64,000 nucleotides of DNA from a virus, in the IMG/VR virus record IMGVR_UViG_2518285546_000003, positions 86 to 64,085 of that record; one strand, given 5' to 3'. A model generated the notes under the pieces. The model had not been told where the DNA came from. It ran no database searches and saw only the letters and a list, made by a program, of their open reading frames with translations. A program made the position numbers and the translations under genes. Shown here piece by piece: positions 1 to 9,986 of the stretch. Position 1 is the first letter of the stretch. The number at the start of each line of letters is the position of its first letter.

Positions 1-23
1 CTGTCTATGATTTGACTATTTGA

Positions 24-1208
24 CTATTCTTTCTCATAGTCCAGTTCCATCTCTGGTGCATTAGGATTTGCGACGGTATGCATATATCCTTTTGTTGTTT
101 CAACATCAGCATGCCCTACTCTTTCCTGGACATATTTGATATCGCCACCGGTAAGCCGTAACAACCAAGAGGTATAAGTGTGGCGGCAATGCTGGAAGGT
201 AAGATCCTTGCTGATCCCGGCAGCAAGAACAATCTTTTTAAAAGCCCTGGTTATCTCTCCCGACCTGGCCGGCTGTTTGCCGCCAAAGATAAATGGCCCC
301 TTGCGTTTTATCTGAGATAGGACATTATAAAGAGGGCCTGGGATATTGACTGTTCTCGCCTCTCCAGTCTTCGGAGTAAAATCCGTCCCGTCCGGTAACG
401 TTTTGCCCTGAACATGCAATTTCCTATTTTCGAGATCAATGTCTTTATCCCACATTGTGCAGGAAACTTCTTTTCGCCTGAAGCCTGCGTAAAGCCCTGT
501 CATAATAATTTCATAAATCATCCCACGGCACAGATGCCGATGATCTCGCGCACTATCCAGAAGGGCCTTAACTTCCCATGGTGCCATGGCCCGGCGCACA
601 CCCTTTTTCTTGACCGGAACATGCACCTCCCTGGCTACGTTCTTTTCAACCATGCCAAGCGAAATGGCCTCATCGATGATTTGGCGCAAGATATTTAGTT
701 CGATCGCGATGGTTTTAGCCGAGGCCTTTCCTGAAGTGTATTTGTTTATTCTGTTCGTATATCTTATTTTCCCACTTTTTCTATCCGCCACATATTGTTT
801 CACCTGGTTAATCGTCAAATATGGAATAGGATGCTTCTCTAACCAACATTTCAGGTTGTTTGCCCTGCGCATGTTGACTTTATGACCATAAGGAGTGTTG
901 GCCACGGAACTGGTCAACTCGTAAGCTTTCATGACCTTTTCAAGGTCATAAGGCTGTACCATTTTGCCGCCAGTCAGGACCTGCATCTCATCATCTGTGA
1001 TGATATTCTCATGCCTTGCCCTAATAATTTCGGACCGGCTCAGATCCCCTCGCTTGCTCCCATTTTCAAGCATGCTGCAGATGCGGCCGAGATCTTCAGC
1101 TTGTTGCAGCACTGTCCTGAAACGGCACTTATCCTTTTTTGACCCATCGGGGAAATAAATCGTGTACCAGATTTGATGTCCACGAGTTTTGTGCGGGTAA
1201 ATCTTCAT
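24..1208 (-). CDS. int: Tyrosine integrase
   Basis: 394 aa; catalytic motifs GFRRKE, K (PKTG), HCRH, VGHAD, TKGY. Confidence 0.95.
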   Translation of the reverse strand: MKIYPHKTRGHQIWYTIYFPDGSKKDKCRFRTVLQQAEDLGRICSMLENGSKRGDLSRSEIIRARHENIITDDEMQVLTGGKMVQPYDLEKVMKAYELTSSVANTPYGHKVNMRRANNLKCWLEKHPIPYLTINQVKQYVADRKSGKIRYTNRINKYTSGKASAKTIAIELNILRQIIDEAISLGMVEKNVAREVHVPVKKKGVRRAMAPWEVKALLDSARDHRHLCRGMIYEIIMTGLYAGFRRKEVSCTMWDKDIDLENRKLHVQGKTLPDGTDFTPKTGEARTVNIPGPLYNVLSQIKRKGPFIFGGKQPARSGEITRAFKKIVLAAGISKDLTFQHCRHTYTSWLLRLTGGDIKYVQERVGHADVETTKGYMHTVANPNAPEMELDYEKE

Positions 1209-1717
1209 CCATTCCTCTTACTACGTTTTGGAAGACTGGTAATCAGTTCCATAGCAAGCTCTTTTCGACCTTCGTCCATACCACGGAACTCTTCTATTAA
1301 CCTGCCTTCTCGATCATCTTGTATGACCATTAAATGTTCTGGTTTATCAAGAAGTTCTCTTATTTGAAAATACTCTGGTGACCCCTCAGTGATTATATGC
1401 CCTTCAAAGACATAGTGTCTCGGTGCTTCGTCTCCGACCTCGGATTCCACACAATCCAATAGTTTCTGTTTAAGAACCGGGTCTTCTATTTTTTTGATCC
1501 TGTCGACGATTCGCTCGAATTCTGCATGTCTTAACAACTGCGAATAGTCAAGCTTAAGCCTCTCTGCAATTTTTTCGAGCAGCGCCTTGCTTGGGATTTT
1601 GCCTTTCTCGATATACGTGATGTTTGAATCGCTACAACCCACATATCGCCCGAGGCGCTCTTGTGTCCACCCCCTTCGTTCACGTGCGGTTCTGATTGTT
1701 TCTCCTAGTCTTGGCAT
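1205..1717 (-). CDS. CI-like XRE HTH repressor
   Basis: N-terminal HTH_3 (IRTARERRGWTQERLG...ITYIEKG); divergent from cro; no peptidase S24 domain seen. Confidence 0.85.
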   Translation of the reverse strand: MPRLGETIRTARERRGWTQERLGRYVGCSDSNITYIEKGKIPSKALLEKIAERLKLDYSQLLRHAEFERIVDRIKKIEDPVLKQKLLDCVESEVGDEAPRHYVFEGHIITEGSPEYFQIRELLDKPEHLMVIQDDREGRLIEEFRGMDEGRKELAMELITSLPKRSKRNG

Positions 1718-1870
1718 CTGGTCCGTCCTTGGATTTTTTTGGGTTCAGTTCAACCCTAATCTATTATATTCAGGGTGGCATGCAATCAAAAAAATAATTG
1801 AATCAGAAATTATCCTTGACTGAATCTTTCAGTGGGTGCATTCTTGGATAAAAATGAGGAGGTTCAAAGC

Positions 1871-2074
1871 ATGAATGTATCGAAGATAGGGAAAAAAATT
1901 CGTGCGATAAGGGAGGCCAAGGGTCTAAAAATGAACGCAGTTGCAGATACTTGCAACATGTCTTCGGGCACCCTTCATTACATTGAAACATGTTGTCAGG
2001 ATCCGAAAGCGTTGCAGATTGAGCGCCTAGCAAAAGCGTTAGGTGTTTCTCCTGGAGACTTTTTCCAGGAATAA
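1871..2074 (+). CDS. Cro-like HTH regulator
   Basis: 67 aa XRE HTH; GAGGAGG RBS before ATG 1871. Confidence 0.85.
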   Translation: MNVSKIGKKIRAIREAKGLKMNAVADTCNMSSGTLHYIETCCQDPKALQIERLAKALGVSPGDFFQE

Positions 2075-2116
2075 GGAAGGCTGAATAAATGTTTTAGTTT
2101 CATGGAGGGGAGATCT

Positions 2117-2479
2117 ATGTTTTTAGACATTTCGGACAGCGACAAATGCCACGTTATGATTCGGGTCTTAACTTTTCTGGAAGACAACCCGGAATCTCTT
2201 GAAAAACTGAATATGTTCCTTGAAAATCGGGCCTTTTTGATCGACATCAACACGCTTTCGGAAAGGACGGGATGGTCTGTCAGTTTTATTTACAAGCTTT
2301 GTTCTGCCAAGAAAATTCCTCACATTCCTGGAAACCCTCTTCGTTTCGTATGGGATGATGTTATGAAAGCAATCAGGAAACTTCAAGTAGGCGGTGAATT
2401 TGGAAGGCGTTCGAGAACATTGTCCAGAAGGAAACGTGCTGAAAAATCCGAGCCTAAATCAAAGTGTCAGTTATCATAA
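2117..2479 (+). CDS. Excisionase-like HTH protein
   Basis: INTLSERTGWSVSFIYKLCSAKKIPH resembles HTH_17; near integrase. Confidence 0.65.
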   Translation: MFLDISDSDKCHVMIRVLTFLEDNPESLEKLNMFLENRAFLIDINTLSERTGWSVSFIYKLCSAKKIPHIPGNPLRFVWDDVMKAIRKLQVGGEFGRRSRTLSRRKRAEKSEPKSKCQLS

Positions 2480-2516
2480 ACGCTTCAAAAAATTGTGATG
2501 CATAGGAGGTCGTGTT

Positions 2517-2735
2517 TTGGCTTGCCAACTTCTTGATATTGAAGCACTAACATGCCACATTGAGGAAAAAGCTACGGTTGATACTGCACCAATCATCGAC
2601 CAAAAAACCGAGGAATTATTATCAACCCTTACCCCCAATCAGCGTGAGGTTTTAAAAGAGATTGAAGACCTCTACGCGAAACAAACGTGTTCTCTAATCA
2701 GTACCGCACTTCAATACCGGCATTGCTGTAAATGA
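2517..2735 (+). CDS. Hypothetical protein
   Basis: AGGAGG RBS, TTG start, 72 aa. Confidence 0.6.
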   Translation: MACQLLDIEALTCHIEEKATVDTAPIIDQKTEELLSTLTPNQREVLKEIEDLYAKQTCSLISTALQYRHCCK

Positions 2736-2784
2736 TTCTATAGAGGGGCTTGGACTGGTTCCGTGCCCCCCTCTTTTGCCCTCC

Positions 2785-2804
2785 GTGCTTCGCATACAAA
2801 GCAG
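2785..2804. promoter_or_regulatory. Palindromic operator upstream of ssb
   Basis: GTGCTT-CGCATACA-AAGCAG. Confidence 0.7.
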
Positions 2805-2819
2805 CTAAAGGAGTTTTCT

Positions 2820-3278
2820 ATGGCAGTCAATAAAGTAATTCTTGTCGGAAATCTCGGGAAAGATCCGGAGTTGCGCTATACGGCATCCGGCACCGCCGTT
2901 GCCAACTTTTCTCTGGCCACAACTGAGCGATACAAGGATCGCGACGGCAATAATCAGCAAAAAACCGAATGGCACAACATCGTGGCATGGCGGCAACTTG
3001 CTGAAATCTGCGGCAAGTACCTGACCAAAGGCCGCCAGGTGTATATCGAAGGAAAGATCCAGACCCGCTCCTACGAAGATCGCGACGGCAACCGGCGCTA
3101 TATCACCGAAATCGTCGCCGACCAGATGCAGATGCTCGGCCGCCCCGCAGACGACAACAGCGGCGGTGGCTACCAAAACCGAGAACAACGCCAAGAACGT
3201 CAGACAGGACAAGGACAGCCTCAGCAAAATTACTACGAAGAGCCGCCTTTCAACCCGGATGATGACATCCCATTCTGA
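2820..3278 (+). CDS. ssb: Single-stranded DNA-binding protein
   Basis: [18 protein letters not shown]...; acidic tip DDDIPF. Confidence 0.98.
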   Translation: MAVNKVILVGNLGKDPELRYTASGTAVANFSLATTERYKDRDGNNQQKTEWHNIVAWRQLAEICGKYLTKGRQVYIEGKIQTRSYEDRDGNRRYITEIVADQMQMLGRPADDNSGGGYQNREQRQERQTGQGQPQQNYYEEPPFNPDDDIPF

Positions 3279-3319
3279 GGCACGGTGAACCCAAATATCT
3301 ATCCTGAAGGAGGAAAATC

Positions 3320-4429
3320 ATGGGCTTATTGGCAAAATTCGTTAGCATCACGCAAATGCGAGTGGTTGGCATCCCGCCGGCTAAAGAAAATATTTGTTCC
3401 CTTCTTGAAAAGCGTCACTTCGTAGATATCGGCGACACTTGTGATCCTGCTTCTGTTGGTTGGGTATGCTTGGACGATCCGGCTGATACGGATTTTTCAT
3501 CCGGCGTTATCCGCGATAAGTATGCAACCTTTTCCATGCGCTCCGATAAACGGAAAATCCCTCCTGCAGTATTAAGGCAGAACATTAAACAAGCAGAAGA
3601 AGCTTGGTTGGCTGAGCACCCTGGACTTCAAAGGGTACCTAAAACCGTCCGCCAAGAAATCAGGGATGCCGTTGAAAAAACTTTACTTTCAAAGACCCTT
3701 CCAACTCCGGCTATTTGTGATTCTGTCTGGGATACTGAAAACCAAATCATCACTTTAGCGACGAAAAGCCAGAAAACGGTTGAGCTTTTCAGCGACCTCT
3801 TCAAAGCTACTTTTGACGGCGCCAGGCTCGTTCTCTACTATCCGCTTGATCGAGCCATAACCGTCGCCCCAACGCTCAGCGACAAACTTCTGGAAATGAA
3901 CCATGGTGCGAGCAATGTCGTTGACAGGATCAGGGAGAACCTTTGGATCGGCCGCGACCTCCTCATGTTGATCACCTACCTGACAGCAAAAGGTACCAGC
4001 ATTATTGATGACTGCACTGTGTATGTCGGGGAAAAAATGACTCTGGTCGGCGATTCCGACGGCAGCAAACCGAAACTCACAGCCGCCGGCCCCATGAACA
4101 ATTTTGCCGAAATAAGAGCGGCCCTGCAGGAGAGGAAATATTTTGTAAACGGACTGATCCATATCGAGATAGGCGAAAATGCTTATTCTATGAACCTCAA
4201 TGCCGAAACATTTACTTTCGGATCCTTACGAACGCCTCCTGTCATCTTGGAAAAATCTGACCTGGTTGATCAAGCACTGGAACGTGAGGCTGTATTTTAT
4301 GAAAAAATACACCTGAACGAGACAGCTCTTGATTCCTTTGATCATATTTTGCGCGAATTCCTGAAAGTCAGGTTATCACCATCCTGGGATAGCATCCTCG
4401 GCGACATTCGCGAGTGGATGGAGGAATAA
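3320..4429 (+). CDS. rdgC: RdgC-family recombination-associated protein
   Basis: SVGWV...FSMRSDKRKIPPAVL pattern typical of RdgC. Confidence 0.75.
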   Translation: MGLLAKFVSITQMRVVGIPPAKENICSLLEKRHFVDIGDTCDPASVGWVCLDDPADTDFSSGVIRDKYATFSMRSDKRKIPPAVLRQNIKQAEEAWLAEHPGLQRVPKTVRQEIRDAVEKTLLSKTLPTPAICDSVWDTENQIITLATKSQKTVELFSDLFKATFDGARLVLYYPLDRAITVAPTLSDKLLEMNHGASNVVDRIRENLWIGRDLLMLITYLTAKGTSIIDDCTVYVGEKMTLVGDSDGSKPKLTAAGPMNNFAEIRAALQERKYFVNGLIHIEIGENAYSMNLNAETFTFGSLRTPPVILEKSDLVDQALEREAVFYEKIHLNETALDSFDHILREFLKVRLSPSWDSILGDIREWMEE

Positions 4430-4962
4430 TGGATCTGCAAGAGTTCCAGGACATCAGCGCTCGAACCTTTCAGCATGGCCGAGATATAGCAACCGATCTC
4501 GATGATTACACCCTCGGAATCTTGACCGAGGGAGGAGAAGCGTTCGATGTTCTGAAGAAACACCTTTATCACGGCCATGAAATGGACGTCGACCTGTTTA
4601 CGATCGAGGCCGGCGACGTTCTTTTCTATATCTCGGCATCCTGTAGCAAAATCGGGTGCATGCTCTCTGAGGCATATCTCTCATCATTTGTTCCAGATGG
4701 TGCAGGCCTGGAAAAGTACCCTCATATTTTTTTCCAGGATGCCACCATGTTTGGTTTGGTTGCCAAGGATTTCGTCCTGGACGGCCAAAGCTTCGGCATT
4801 CACATGGCCGTGAGAATTGCAGGTCGGTTGATCAAAAATATCGAAATTGTCTGCAATAGGTTCGGGATATCGTTATCTCAAGTAATGGAGAAAAACATTC
4901 AAAAACGGGATAAACGATATCCCGATGGCTTCTCAGTTGATGCCAGTCGGAACCGGGCTTAG
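4429..4962 (+). CDS. MazG-like nucleotide pyrophosphohydrolase
   Basis: LGILTEGGEAFDVLKKHLYHGH...EAGDVLFY; KNIQKRDKRYPDGF. Confidence 0.8.
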   Translation: MDLQEFQDISARTFQHGRDIATDLDDYTLGILTEGGEAFDVLKKHLYHGHEMDVDLFTIEAGDVLFYISASCSKIGCMLSEAYLSSFVPDGAGLEKYPHIFFQDATMFGLVAKDFVLDGQSFGIHMAVRIAGRLIKNIEIVCNRFGISLSQVMEKNIQKRDKRYPDGFSVDASRNRA

Positions 4963-4972
4963 TTTGCACATA

Positions 4973-5023
4973 GTGCTTGACATAGGAAGCGCCTGTATTT
5001 AATGTGCTGCATATATAAAGCAC
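4973..5023 (+). promoter_or_regulatory. Sigma70 promoter with two tandem operators
   Basis: TTGACA(4977)-17 bp-TAATGT(5000); operators 4973-4992 and 5004-5023. Confidence 0.75.
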
Positions 5024-5070
5024 CACTGGCGTCGGGCAGGGCGTACAGTGCGCTTCCAAAAGTTTCCTAA

Positions 5071-5122
5071 AGCCCCTATTCCGGCTCTGCGCTGCCCCGC
5101 ATCCGGTGTAGGGGTTTTTTTT
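5071..5122 (+). terminator. Intrinsic terminator/attenuator in leader of replication gene
   Basis: GCCCCTAT..CCGG / CCGG..GTAGGGGT stem followed by T8. Confidence 0.75.
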
Positions 5123-5153
5123 GGAACACTGGATAAATTTCAGGAGGCCAACG

Positions 5154-6086
5154 TTGGCAAGGCCGAAACGAACAACAGTGGATTACTTTCCTCACGACAC
5201 GGACGCAAGTTCTCGCAAAACCCTCGTGATTTTGGAATCAAAATGGAAAAACGACGGATATGCGTTCTGGTTCAAGCTCCTTGAGATCCTTGGTCGACGG
5301 GATGGTTTGTTTTTGGACGCCAGAGAACCGTCTGAAATGATGTTTCTGGCGGCAAAAACCGGGGTTTCCGACGCGGAAACCGTTGAGGAAATATTGAATT
5401 GCCTGGCAGAACTTGGGGCTATTTGTCCAAGTCTCTGGAATAAAAGGATTATTTTTTCGGAAGGTTTTGCCGACAGAACACGGGACGCCTTCCGAAAACG
5501 GGCTGGAGAAGCCCCCGACAAGATGGATTTATGGCGCAGATTCGACATTATTTGCGACATTTCCGCGCCAGAAACCGGCAGAAATGAAGAAGAAGAAGCC
5601 AAACCGGCGGAAGAAATCGACAAAGGGAAAGAAAAGGGAAAGGGAAATAAAAGAGATACCCCCCCTCCCCCCCCACGGGGACCGAAGGATGAACATCCAT
5701 GCCCCGTGGAAGCCATTATCACCCTCTGGAACGAGAAGATGACAATCCCCCCTCATGGCTTGCCACGGGTCAGGTCTATAAGCAAGCCACTTCGCGCTTC
5801 TCTAACGGCCTGCTGGCGGGAAGATCGTGCCAGACAGTCGCTTAAGTGGTGGAAAAGCTTTTTCCTTGATGATGTCGGAAAGTCGGATTTCCTGACGGGA
5901 AAAATCAATGACTTTAAGGCTGATATCGAGTGGGTGATTGATCGCAAAAACATAAGCAAAATCCTGAATGGACGTTATCAGAACGGAGGTAAAAATGCAG
6001 GCGACGGGCCCTTATCCGGGAACCAAAGGAAATACGGAGACATATCGGCAGACAAAGAAGCCGGATACCGTGTTGATGTGGGGTAA
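5154..6086 (+). CDS. Phage replication initiator (DUF4373/Lin1244-like N-terminus)
   Basis: ARPKRTTVDYFPHD N-terminus; C-terminal DFKADIEWVIDRKNISKILNGRY; AGGAGG RBS + TTG. Confidence 0.85.
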   Translation: MARPKRTTVDYFPHDTDASSRKTLVILESKWKNDGYAFWFKLLEILGRRDGLFLDAREPSEMMFLAAKTGVSDAETVEEILNCLAELGAICPSLWNKRIIFSEGFADRTRDAFRKRAGEAPDKMDLWRRFDIICDISAPETGRNEEEEAKPAEEIDKGKEKGKGNKRDTPPPPPRGPKDEHPCPVEAIITLWNEKMTIPPHGLPRVRSISKPLRASLTACWREDRARQSLKWWKSFFLDDVGKSDFLTGKINDFKADIEWVIDRKNISKILNGRYQNGGKNAGDGPLSGNQRKYGDISADKEAGYRVDVG

Positions 6087-6672
6087 TTACGGCGATGAGG
6101 TCGGTATCGATACGGCTATGCGCTCCATGGGGTTTGATGATGAAACCCTGATCGACAAGGACCTCAGTAATTACGAAACGGCCACCTCATTGCAAGCCGC
6201 AATGGTCAAAACGGCGCGGAAATTCGCATATGGTGATCTTTCTCGGCCTGGGTTGTTCTTGGCCGGAGCCCCTGGGCGCGGGAAAACGCATATGGCACGT
6301 GGTATCGCCAAAGAATTCCTTCTTCGCAGAAAAGGTTTTCGCTACAAGCGAATCCAGGACCTGGTCACAGAATGCAAACGAAGGATGGACAGGGAAGCAA
6401 CCGATACGCCTGATCAGCATATTGATTGGTTCTGCAATTTCGAAGGTCTTCTGATCATCGATGAGGTCGGTCGCACACGTGGTGCCGAATGGGACATCGA
6501 TCATGTCGTTTATCCCCTCGTGGATCGTAGGAAAACCAAGCCGACGATCTTTATCAGCAATTTTAATTTCGAACAATTGTCAGACAAATACGACGAAGCC
6601 ATTACTTCCAGGTTGCAGCTTTGCACGGTCATGATGTTCCCGAACAGCATGGAAGATTATCGGCGGAGATAG
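6076..6672 (+). CDS. DnaC/IstB-like helicase loader ATPase
   Basis: Walker A GAPGRGKT, Walker B LLIIDEVG, PTIFISN; start uncertain. Confidence 0.9.
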   Translation: MWGNYGDEVGIDTAMRSMGFDDETLIDKDLSNYETATSLQAAMVKTARKFAYGDLSRPGLFLAGAPGRGKTHMARGIAKEFLLRRKGFRYKRIQDLVTECKRRMDREATDTPDQHIDWFCNFEGLLIIDEVGRTRGAEWDIDHVVYPLVDRRKTKPTIFISNFNFEQLSDKYDEAITSRLQLCTVMMFPNSMEDYRRR

Positions 6673-6675
6673 ACT

Positions 6676-7248
6676 GTGCATCATAATTCCATGACGTGTA
6701 AATCAATACATAGCGGTCCCGTGTGTCGATTCGGCCTTACGACAAAGAACCTGAACCACCCGACATGCAAGAGCTGCCAAAGATCCGGGTTGGAATGCCG
6801 ATTAAGCTCCAAAAAGGCTAAGATCAAACGGTCTTACACCAGTTTCCCTGAGGATAGAAACGGCAAAAAGGTACTGGTCTCTACCTTCGACTTGAAAAGC
6901 CTGAATGCTCATGTCAACAAACCAAACGGAGATCGGATTTACAGGGGAATCAAGCGCACCTGGCAACGACTTGTTGGGTACCGTAAAGATGGAAAAGGCA
7001 CCAACATAGCCTTGCTTCTTTTCGGTCCTCACAAAGATCGCAAGAGAAAACTTGAGATCGTCCGTTTTATCCGCGACCGTCGAAGCTCGTTTGACGAAGA
7101 AAACCTTTGGGGAGCATGTAAGCCATTGGTCGATGCCCTGGTGCTTGCCGGCGTAATCAAAGACGACAGAAAGGAATGGCTTGAAAGGGATCCGCCGATA
7201 GAGGTTATCGACCGCAACAAACCAAGAGTCGAAATTTCTGTATTTTAA
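6676..7248 (+). CDS. RusA-like Holliday junction resolvase
   Basis: FDEENLWGACKPLVDALVLAGVIKDD motif. Confidence 0.65.
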   Translation: MHHNSMTCKSIHSGPVCRFGLTTKNLNHPTCKSCQRSGLECRLSSKKAKIKRSYTSFPEDRNGKKVLVSTFDLKSLNAHVNKPNGDRIYRGIKRTWQRLVGYRKDGKGTNIALLLFGPHKDRKRKLEIVRFIRDRRSSFDEENLWGACKPLVDALVLAGVIKDDRKEWLERDPPIEVIDRNKPRVEISVF

Positions 7249-7261
7249 ACTGGAGGTGGGG

Positions 7262-8230
7262 ATGAAAGATAGACGAGAGAAAGGATTGTACTGGGACCGC
7301 GCCTGGAAACTTGTGGAAGGCTGCAGCAAGGTTTCTGCAGGCTGTGACAACTGCTGGTCCGAACGGGAAACCGGAATGCACTGCGGACATCCCAACGAAA
7401 AAATCCATAACCGGGCTCAGTCTGTTGCCGATCCGCAGGCTGGCTTTGACGGCCGCATTCTGCTACGCGAGGACAATCTCGATCTTCCTTTACGCACCAA
7501 GAAACCGACGGTGTGGGCAATTTGGAATGATCTGTTTCACCCGGGCGTGCTAGACGATTTTATTGATCGCGCCTATGCGGTGATGGCGCTATGCCACCAC
7601 CATACGTTTTTGGTGCTGACCAAGCGGGCCGCAAGAATGGCGGAATATTTCTACAACCAGCCTATTGCGCGACGCAGGATTGAAGACCTGATGCACGAAT
7701 TGATGGATTCAGCGCACCCTCCTGTAATTCTTTCCAATGTGTGGCATGGCATAACAGCCGAAAATCAGCAGACAGCCGAAAAGCGCATACCGTATTTGCT
7801 TCGAGTCCCTGGGCAGAAGTTTGTGTCTGTGGAACCGATGCTTGGGCCGGTTAATCTCAGAAACATTCCTCGGCCTGATGGCGGATGGTGGGATGTTCTC
7901 AAGGGCATTGACTTAGCCCACCAATGCAATCTCGCAGGGAAAATCCATGCTGTTCTCGCCGGCGGTGAATCCGGAAAAGATGCCAGGCCCTGTCATCCCG
8001 ATTGGATGCGGAATCTTCGGGACCAATGCGCCGATGCAGTCGTACCATTCTATTTCAAACAGTGGGGAGAATGGGCATCTGTCAGTGAAGTTGAGGGCCC
8101 AGGCAAACACTATCATTTCCCCAATGGAGCAACCGTTCGTCGCGTCATGAAAAAGAAAGCCGGCCGCCTGCTCGATGGACGCACTCATGACGATCTACCT
8201 TGGGATGTGGAGAATAACGAATTAAATTGA
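7262..8230 (+). CDS. DUF5131 (Gp37/Gp68 family) protein
   Basis: GCSKVSAGCDNCW, DLFH, LTKR, SVEPML, GGESG, FYFKQWG. Confidence 0.9.
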   Translation: MKDRREKGLYWDRAWKLVEGCSKVSAGCDNCWSERETGMHCGHPNEKIHNRAQSVADPQAGFDGRILLREDNLDLPLRTKKPTVWAIWNDLFHPGVLDDFIDRAYAVMALCHHHTFLVLTKRAARMAEYFYNQPIARRRIEDLMHELMDSAHPPVILSNVWHGITAENQQTAEKRIPYLLRVPGQKFVSVEPMLGPVNLRNIPRPDGGWWDVLKGIDLAHQCNLAGKIHAVLAGGESGKDARPCHPDWMRNLRDQCADAVVPFYFKQWGEWASVSEVEGPGKHYHFPNGATVRRVMKKKAGRLLDGRTHDDLPWDVENNELN

Positions 8231-8289
8231 GCGGCTGTTTCTGGTCGAGAAATAACACATAACGATTGAGATCACGGTGGGAGAGCGAC

Positions 8290-8430
8290 ATGGACGAAAA
8301 AGAGTTGGCGATGGAGCAAGAGGCACAGGAGTTTACTCTGGATATGGCGGCCGGTCGGTTAAATCTTGCATTGGTGCTTATCAAAAACCAGAAAGGGTCT
8401 GTCAATGCAGAACAGAAACCTGTTTTTTGA
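8290..8430 (+). CDS. Small hypothetical protein (46 aa)
   Basis: GGGAGAG RBS; MDEKELAMEQEAQEF...; below ORF-track cutoff. Confidence 0.45.
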   Translation: MDEKELAMEQEAQEFTLDMAAGRLNLALVLIKNQKGSVNAEQKPVF

Positions 8431-8662
8431 TGCTGAAGAATTCTGGCGGGATAAGAAATACAAATGCTGGGTTGTAAGACTATCGAACATCCGAGGCAAA
8501 AAAAAGCGCACCTCACTTTTTAACGTACAGGCGCGAACCGAAGAGCGAGCAATCCGCGTAGCAAAACGTCACTGTCTGATGTCGGGCAGAATTTATGGAA
8601 CGGCGAGACTGGCAGAACCAGCAGACCTAGGCGCAAAGGTGAATGACCAACGGGAAAGGTAA
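8405..8662 (+). CDS. Hypothetical protein
   Basis: ORF in early-gene run. Confidence 0.55.
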   Translation: MQNRNLFFDAEEFWRDKKYKCWVVRLSNIRGKKKRTSLFNVQARTEERAIRVAKRHCLMSGRIYGTARLAEPADLGAKVNDQRER

Positions 8663-8752
8663 GCGCTGGTAGTTTTCAACGAACGCCAAACCCTGGTACA
8701 CGTGCCGCTTGATGCAGTTTCTCCGGTTGAAATCTAACAGGAAGGTAAAGCC

Positions 8753-8971
8753 ATGCCGTTTATGAAGATAACTTGTGGCTACTGTGGCCATACCGATGAC
8801 ATCGATAACTTTTGCAAGACACCTGTTTTTGGTGAGTTGCCAAAAAACGTTTTCCAGTGTCCATCCTGCTCTTCCGCTATCGAAAGAAAAATAGCTCCGT
8901 CAATTTTTCACGAATCCGGATGGGTCGAACCTGGGAAAGTAACGCTGGTACCGGTTGAATCAAGGCTTTGA
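8753..8971 (+). CDS. Zinc-ribbon protein
   Basis: CGYC...CPSC; GGAAGG RBS. Confidence 0.65.
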   Translation: MPFMKITCGYCGHTDDIDNFCKTPVFGELPKNVFQCPSCSSAIERKIAPSIFHESGWVEPGKVTLVPVESRL

Positions 8972-9220
8972 TTTCCTTCGCAGCGATAACGAAAGGCCAG
9001 GTCATGTGTATGAAGCGTTTTCAGAATTCACCGGAAGGCACAGAATCATCAGGGCTTGTAAGATGTGACATATTTCAACGATGTCATCATAGGCACACAT
9101 GCGGGGGAGCCGTGCCACATTACCCAGATGGCGAATGTGGGAATTGCCCTGTCGACCCGAAAGCCAAATGCGTACCTATCGAAGAACAAACGGTTCCCAG
9201 AAACAGGCAGGGATAATCCT

Positions 9221-9589
9221 ATGAGTCTTAAGAAGAGAAAAGGCCACCAAGAGCGCCACTATGTTAAATGCCCAACGTGCGGAAAGCCTTTCATTCCATA
9301 TTGGGACCGTGGGCATTGTTCCATGATCTGTTATCTCAACTCAGCCCTTTTCCCAAGATCCAAAGTTACCGTTAACGATGTCATCGAGTGCCAGGGCATG
9401 ACAATCAAAGATGCCGCTGCGACACTTGGCGTTTCATACCCTCAGCTCCGAAGAAAATTGTATTCGGATAAGCAGTTAAGGGAATTGTTTCCAAATCGTG
9501 GGAAAGGACGTTGGCTAGCTTGTAGAGGGTACACAGAGCCCCCTACACAAAAAAAATTTGCCGGAGGTGCTTCTTATGGGAAACGGTAG
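9221..9589 (+). CDS. Zinc-finger/HTH protein
   Basis: CPTC...CSMIC then IKDAAATLGVSYPQLRRKL (Fis-like HTH). Confidence 0.6.
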   Translation: MSLKKRKGHQERHYVKCPTCGKPFIPYWDRGHCSMICYLNSALFPRSKVTVNDVIECQGMTIKDAAATLGVSYPQLRRKLYSDKQLRELFPNRGKGRWLACRGYTEPPTQKKFAGGASYGKR

Positions 9590-9986
9590 CCAGATGGATT
9601 TGCCACTACAACAACCGGACACCTACCCAACTAAGGAAATGACTGAAGATCAACAAAGGGTTGTGAAACTGATTGTCTGCCGTAAAGGCAAAATCAACTC
9701 TATACCTGTTGCAGACATCACAAGAACCACGGGGATACCCGACCGCCGGGCCCGCGACGTGGTGAAGAGTTTAGTTGAAGAACACCACATTCCCATAGGC
9801 TCATGTACTGGCGGCTTTTATATCGCCGAAACGGAAGAGGAAATTTATGAGGTATACCACACCTTCATTTCCTGGGGATTGTCGGTACTGAAACGCGCAA
9901 GCGCATTCAAAAAGTCATCTCACCTCGATGAAATACTCGGCCAATTGCGCCTGGAACTGCATCCTCCTGGAGCATGTGCATCATAA
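9576..9986 (+). CDS. Winged-helix DNA-binding protein
   Basis: ADITRTTGIPDRRARDVVKSLVEEHHIPIGS...GFYIA; GGAGG RBS. Confidence 0.7.
   Translation: MGNGSQMDLPLQQPDTYPTKEMTEDQQRVVKLIVCRKGKINSIPVADITRTTGIPDRRARDVVKSLVEEHHIPIGSCTGGFYIAETEEEIYEVYHTFISWGLSVLKRASAFKKSSHLDEILGQLRLELHPPGACAS

Noticed and set aside
8662..8737. In-frame continuation after the TAA of 8405-8662 (read-through or pseudogene)
   Set aside because: Only 24 codons, no supporting homology visible
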